From: Hypanus sabinus
Taxonomy: Eukaryota
Length of the DNA stretch: 64,000 nucleotides
Reading direction: 5' to 3'
Assembly (NCBI RefSeq): GCF_030144855.1
Contig: NC_082708.1
Span: forward strand, 52,886,001-52,950,000
Below, one piece after another: positions 60,941 through 64,000 of the stretch. A program made the translations under genes and the position numbers. Numbering within the stretch: position 1 is the stretch's first letter; each line of letters starts with the position of its first letter. The notes beneath the pieces are model-generated. The model was given only the letters and a program-made list of their open reading frames with translations. It had not been told where the DNA came from and did not search any database.

Positions 60941-63900
60941 ATTCCATTTATAATGACCCTCAAATACAATTTTATGCTTTTACTTAACCTTCAGAATTTC
61001 AAACCTTAAATCTTATAATAGAGGGCATCATTACTTCATTTTTCCATTGCATTATTTTGGTTAATCTGGTATGAAATCCATCTTTCTGTGAAACTTTTTT
61101 TTAAGTGAGATAATTAATTTAGAAATACCCAATTTAATTGAATCTCATTTGTACCTAACTCCATTAGTTTCAGATATGAGCAAGGCGGGAACACATGAAC
61201 AGTACAATATTCCTGGTAAAGGGTCTCAGCCTGATATGTCGACTGTTTATTCCCCTCCATAGATGCTGCCTGACCTGCTAAGCTCCTCCAATATTTTATG
61301 TATTGCATTGTTCCCTTTTCTGTTTTCCATCAAGTGTATTCAGTTGCCTTTTAAAAGAAAAAACCTAACTCGTGCAATGAGTTCTGGTCTCTATTTAATT
61401 GACTTCACTTGAGAAAAGTTAATCATAAAGTGTGAAATGCTTAAGAATACCCATGGAATTTACAGTCAGCTTTTTTTATTTTCTTTTTTTCATAATTTAC
61501 TGGTCCCCAGACAGATTTCTTAAGTCATAGAACCAATAGTTTTAGATTTAAATTCAGAATTTCAATATAGAATCTAATTTGTGCTCAAAGACCTAAGATA
61601 GCAAAATATGCCATGGGTTTAGAGGGGTTATTCTTCCATCTTGTCCATGAAATACCCTAATCTTTGAGAAACTCTATTGCGGTTTTTAGAAAGAATATGA
61701 ATAGAAATAGATTGAAGAAACTTGCAGGTTGTGTAAATTAATGTACTTAATAGCATTTCATTTAAGGGGAATACTGTAAGTGAAACCTATGGTTCAGTGT
61801 ACTTTCAATAATTTTAAAATATGCTGCTGAATATATAATTGCATTTTTTCATGTCATTTTCCAACATGTGTATTTTAATCCCTCAATTTTCTCTCTATCT
61901 GAAGCAAATAAATATTGAGTGTGACAAAGGGATTACTATGCATGTAAGCTGTGCTAAAAGAATAGAGAATCTAGTATTGTTAACAATTTAACCCAGTTTA
62001 TGACTTCACAAAATATAAAATGTCAACTTTGCATTATTGGGGCGATCTTACAAAAGGAGCACAACTTTTTTTTTCCCCCTGATTTCACTGTTCCTATTCG
62101 GTGGTATCCACTCACTGTTTCCTTTGGATCAGAACTACATTTGTATATTTTTGCATTGCATAATCACAAACCAATTTAAATTGAATGATAAACTTTATAA
62201 GGAGGTTCATAATGGAATATAAAATGACTGCATGTTTTCATATTTAAAGATATTGGAGAAAAAGACCTATTGCAATGCAACTTAAAACAGAATTACTGAC
62301 ACGCCAAGGACTGTGAACTCTGGCATTTTAGTTGTATAATAAAAAAAAGGAACAGTGTTTATTTAAGTGTCTTAATTCATGAATGGTGATATTTAAAATC
62401 TATTGACCCCGCTGCTTACATAACCATGAAAATCCAGGGTCTTAAGTATTTTGTACAACCAAAGGAAAACAAGATTGTGGATTTTTCACACAATGGAACA
62501 TAGAAGTGTGTTTTATTGTTAGTATTTTGTACAATGGTTGTGTGTGACCTTGTATTTTTCATTACAGACCTTTTAAACGAAAAGATTCTAACTTGACACT
62601 ATTTTGATAGTATTTAAAACTGCTTGATCTTGTGTGTTCAGTTTGGATGTGTGTCTATTAGAATAATTGCAGCATCGATCAGATTGTATTACATTTTATT
62701 TTTTATCAACTTAACATCTAATGGTTTAGAATACCATATTCATGGTTTGTTTAGGTTGTCATTCTTAATCACACAAAAACCAATGTTTTTCTTGAGCCTG
62801 TCGTTTTGGATAGAATCTAGGACAGATTAGTCTTGTATTGACTGTTTCATTTCCCACCTCATCCCTATTAATCTCCTTTCCCCAGCCTCACTGGAAGACA
62901 AAGATTAATGGGGTTTTAAAGGCTTCCTTTGACTTTTCAATTTGTAATCACCCATTTTCAATTAAAAATGCCAATTAATCATGAACTCACCATATTGGAT
63001 TTCATTTCCAGTGTGGTTGAGGATAAAATGTGCAGATTATAGCAAAGAAGGTCAAACATTTTTCATCTATCTTTGAAAGAGGAATCTTAGTAGTTCCATT
63101 CCCAACTTTGTTCTCCATAGCTTTTTAAATTTTTTTAATGAAGTGTTTATTCAGAGCACTTATGAAATGGTTTTGATAATGCATCTGCCACTATTTCATA
63201 ACAACTTGGAATGTGGGGGGGGGGGGGGGGAATGCCTTTATTGCCTCTGATTATTTGCCAATTAGTCTCTGCCTGGATTCCACTGAAAGTAGTGCCTCTC
63301 TGCACTTAAAGCCTTAAGATAGAATTTTAAAATAATTTGAACACTGCTAATAAACCTCAGTATAGAGGACAATCCTGCATTCTGTGGTTTTGTTTTAATT
63401 TTAAAAGGTTTTTCATGTCAGTTGGAATTCTGGTAAGGCTATAAATTCTGAACACTCTCTGAAAGATGATGACCATGGTACTTTTTTGACTAACCAGTCT
63501 GTTAAGGTTTAACGATGGTTAACAGTGTTTTACAGTTTTTGCAGTCTTCAACTTGTTCTGGCACTGCAAATACCTGCTTTCATCTGCCCCAGGTCTCCTT
63601 TTTTAAGTTATACCATATACTATTTTATGTGGTCATCTTTTATATAAAAAAAGCTTTGCCTCTCATTTCTTGCATAAAATGTTACCAATTGTCTTTATTC
63701 TGTGTCTTACTAAAGTATTACAATCTCACTGTTTAATTCAAATTCAAGTTCTGAAATCCACAGCCAATGAAAATATGTCCTTGATCTATAACAATGAAAA
63801 CAGTGGTCCTTATGCAGACCCTGGGGAATACCTGTAGAATAAAAAGCAGTTGATCATATTCTCTGTAATTATGCATTTGCTTAGGCTTTAGGGACTGTTG

Positions 63901-64000
63901 CAAGGGATGTCACAAATCAGAATGCATTAAGGCTCATTCTGCCATTTGAAACACACTCAAAGGGGTTTAGTGCCCTTCCTTTTATGATCTGATTAATACT

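Noticed and set aside
1-64000. Prokaryotic-type systems (CRISPR arrays, operons, rRNA)
   Set aside because: The sequence is a spliced vertebrate locus; no regularly spaced repeats or rRNA-like segments seen.

Overview
Eukaryotic (vertebrate) genomic DNA. The repeat landscape (CR1, Rex1/Babar, Penelope-derived hairpins) suggests a cartilaginous fish; this is an inference. The window holds the head-to-head pair DYNC2H1 (minus strand, first large coding exon 1380-1574) and DCUN1D5 (plus strand, 8 coding exons 39423-58558, 231 aa). The main observation lies between them. The GC-rich bidirectional promoter plus a ~53-nt non-coding exon is present three times (~9.2-11.1 kb, ~21.4-23.0 kb, ~29.4-31.4 kb). 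Copy 3 is the insertion-free version that leads into DCUN1D5. In copies 1 and 2 a pogo/Tigger transposon sits ~10 nt behind the donor of the duplicated exon. Its left TIR is damaged, but it keeps an intact 505/504-aa CENP-B/TIGD-like ORF with a splice acceptor 12 nt before the ATG, and differences between the two ORFs are mostly synonymous. This looks like a pair of domesticated transposase genes born by capturing a duplicate of the DCUN1D5/DYNC2H1 promoter. They are probably nested antisense in DYNC2H1 intron 1, show patchy homogenisation, and are accompanied by decayed MITEs of the same family. The rest is decayed CR1, Rex1/Babar, Penelope, BEL/Pao, Tc1 and Tigger elements. All gene names come from recalled protein similarity; no database search was run.
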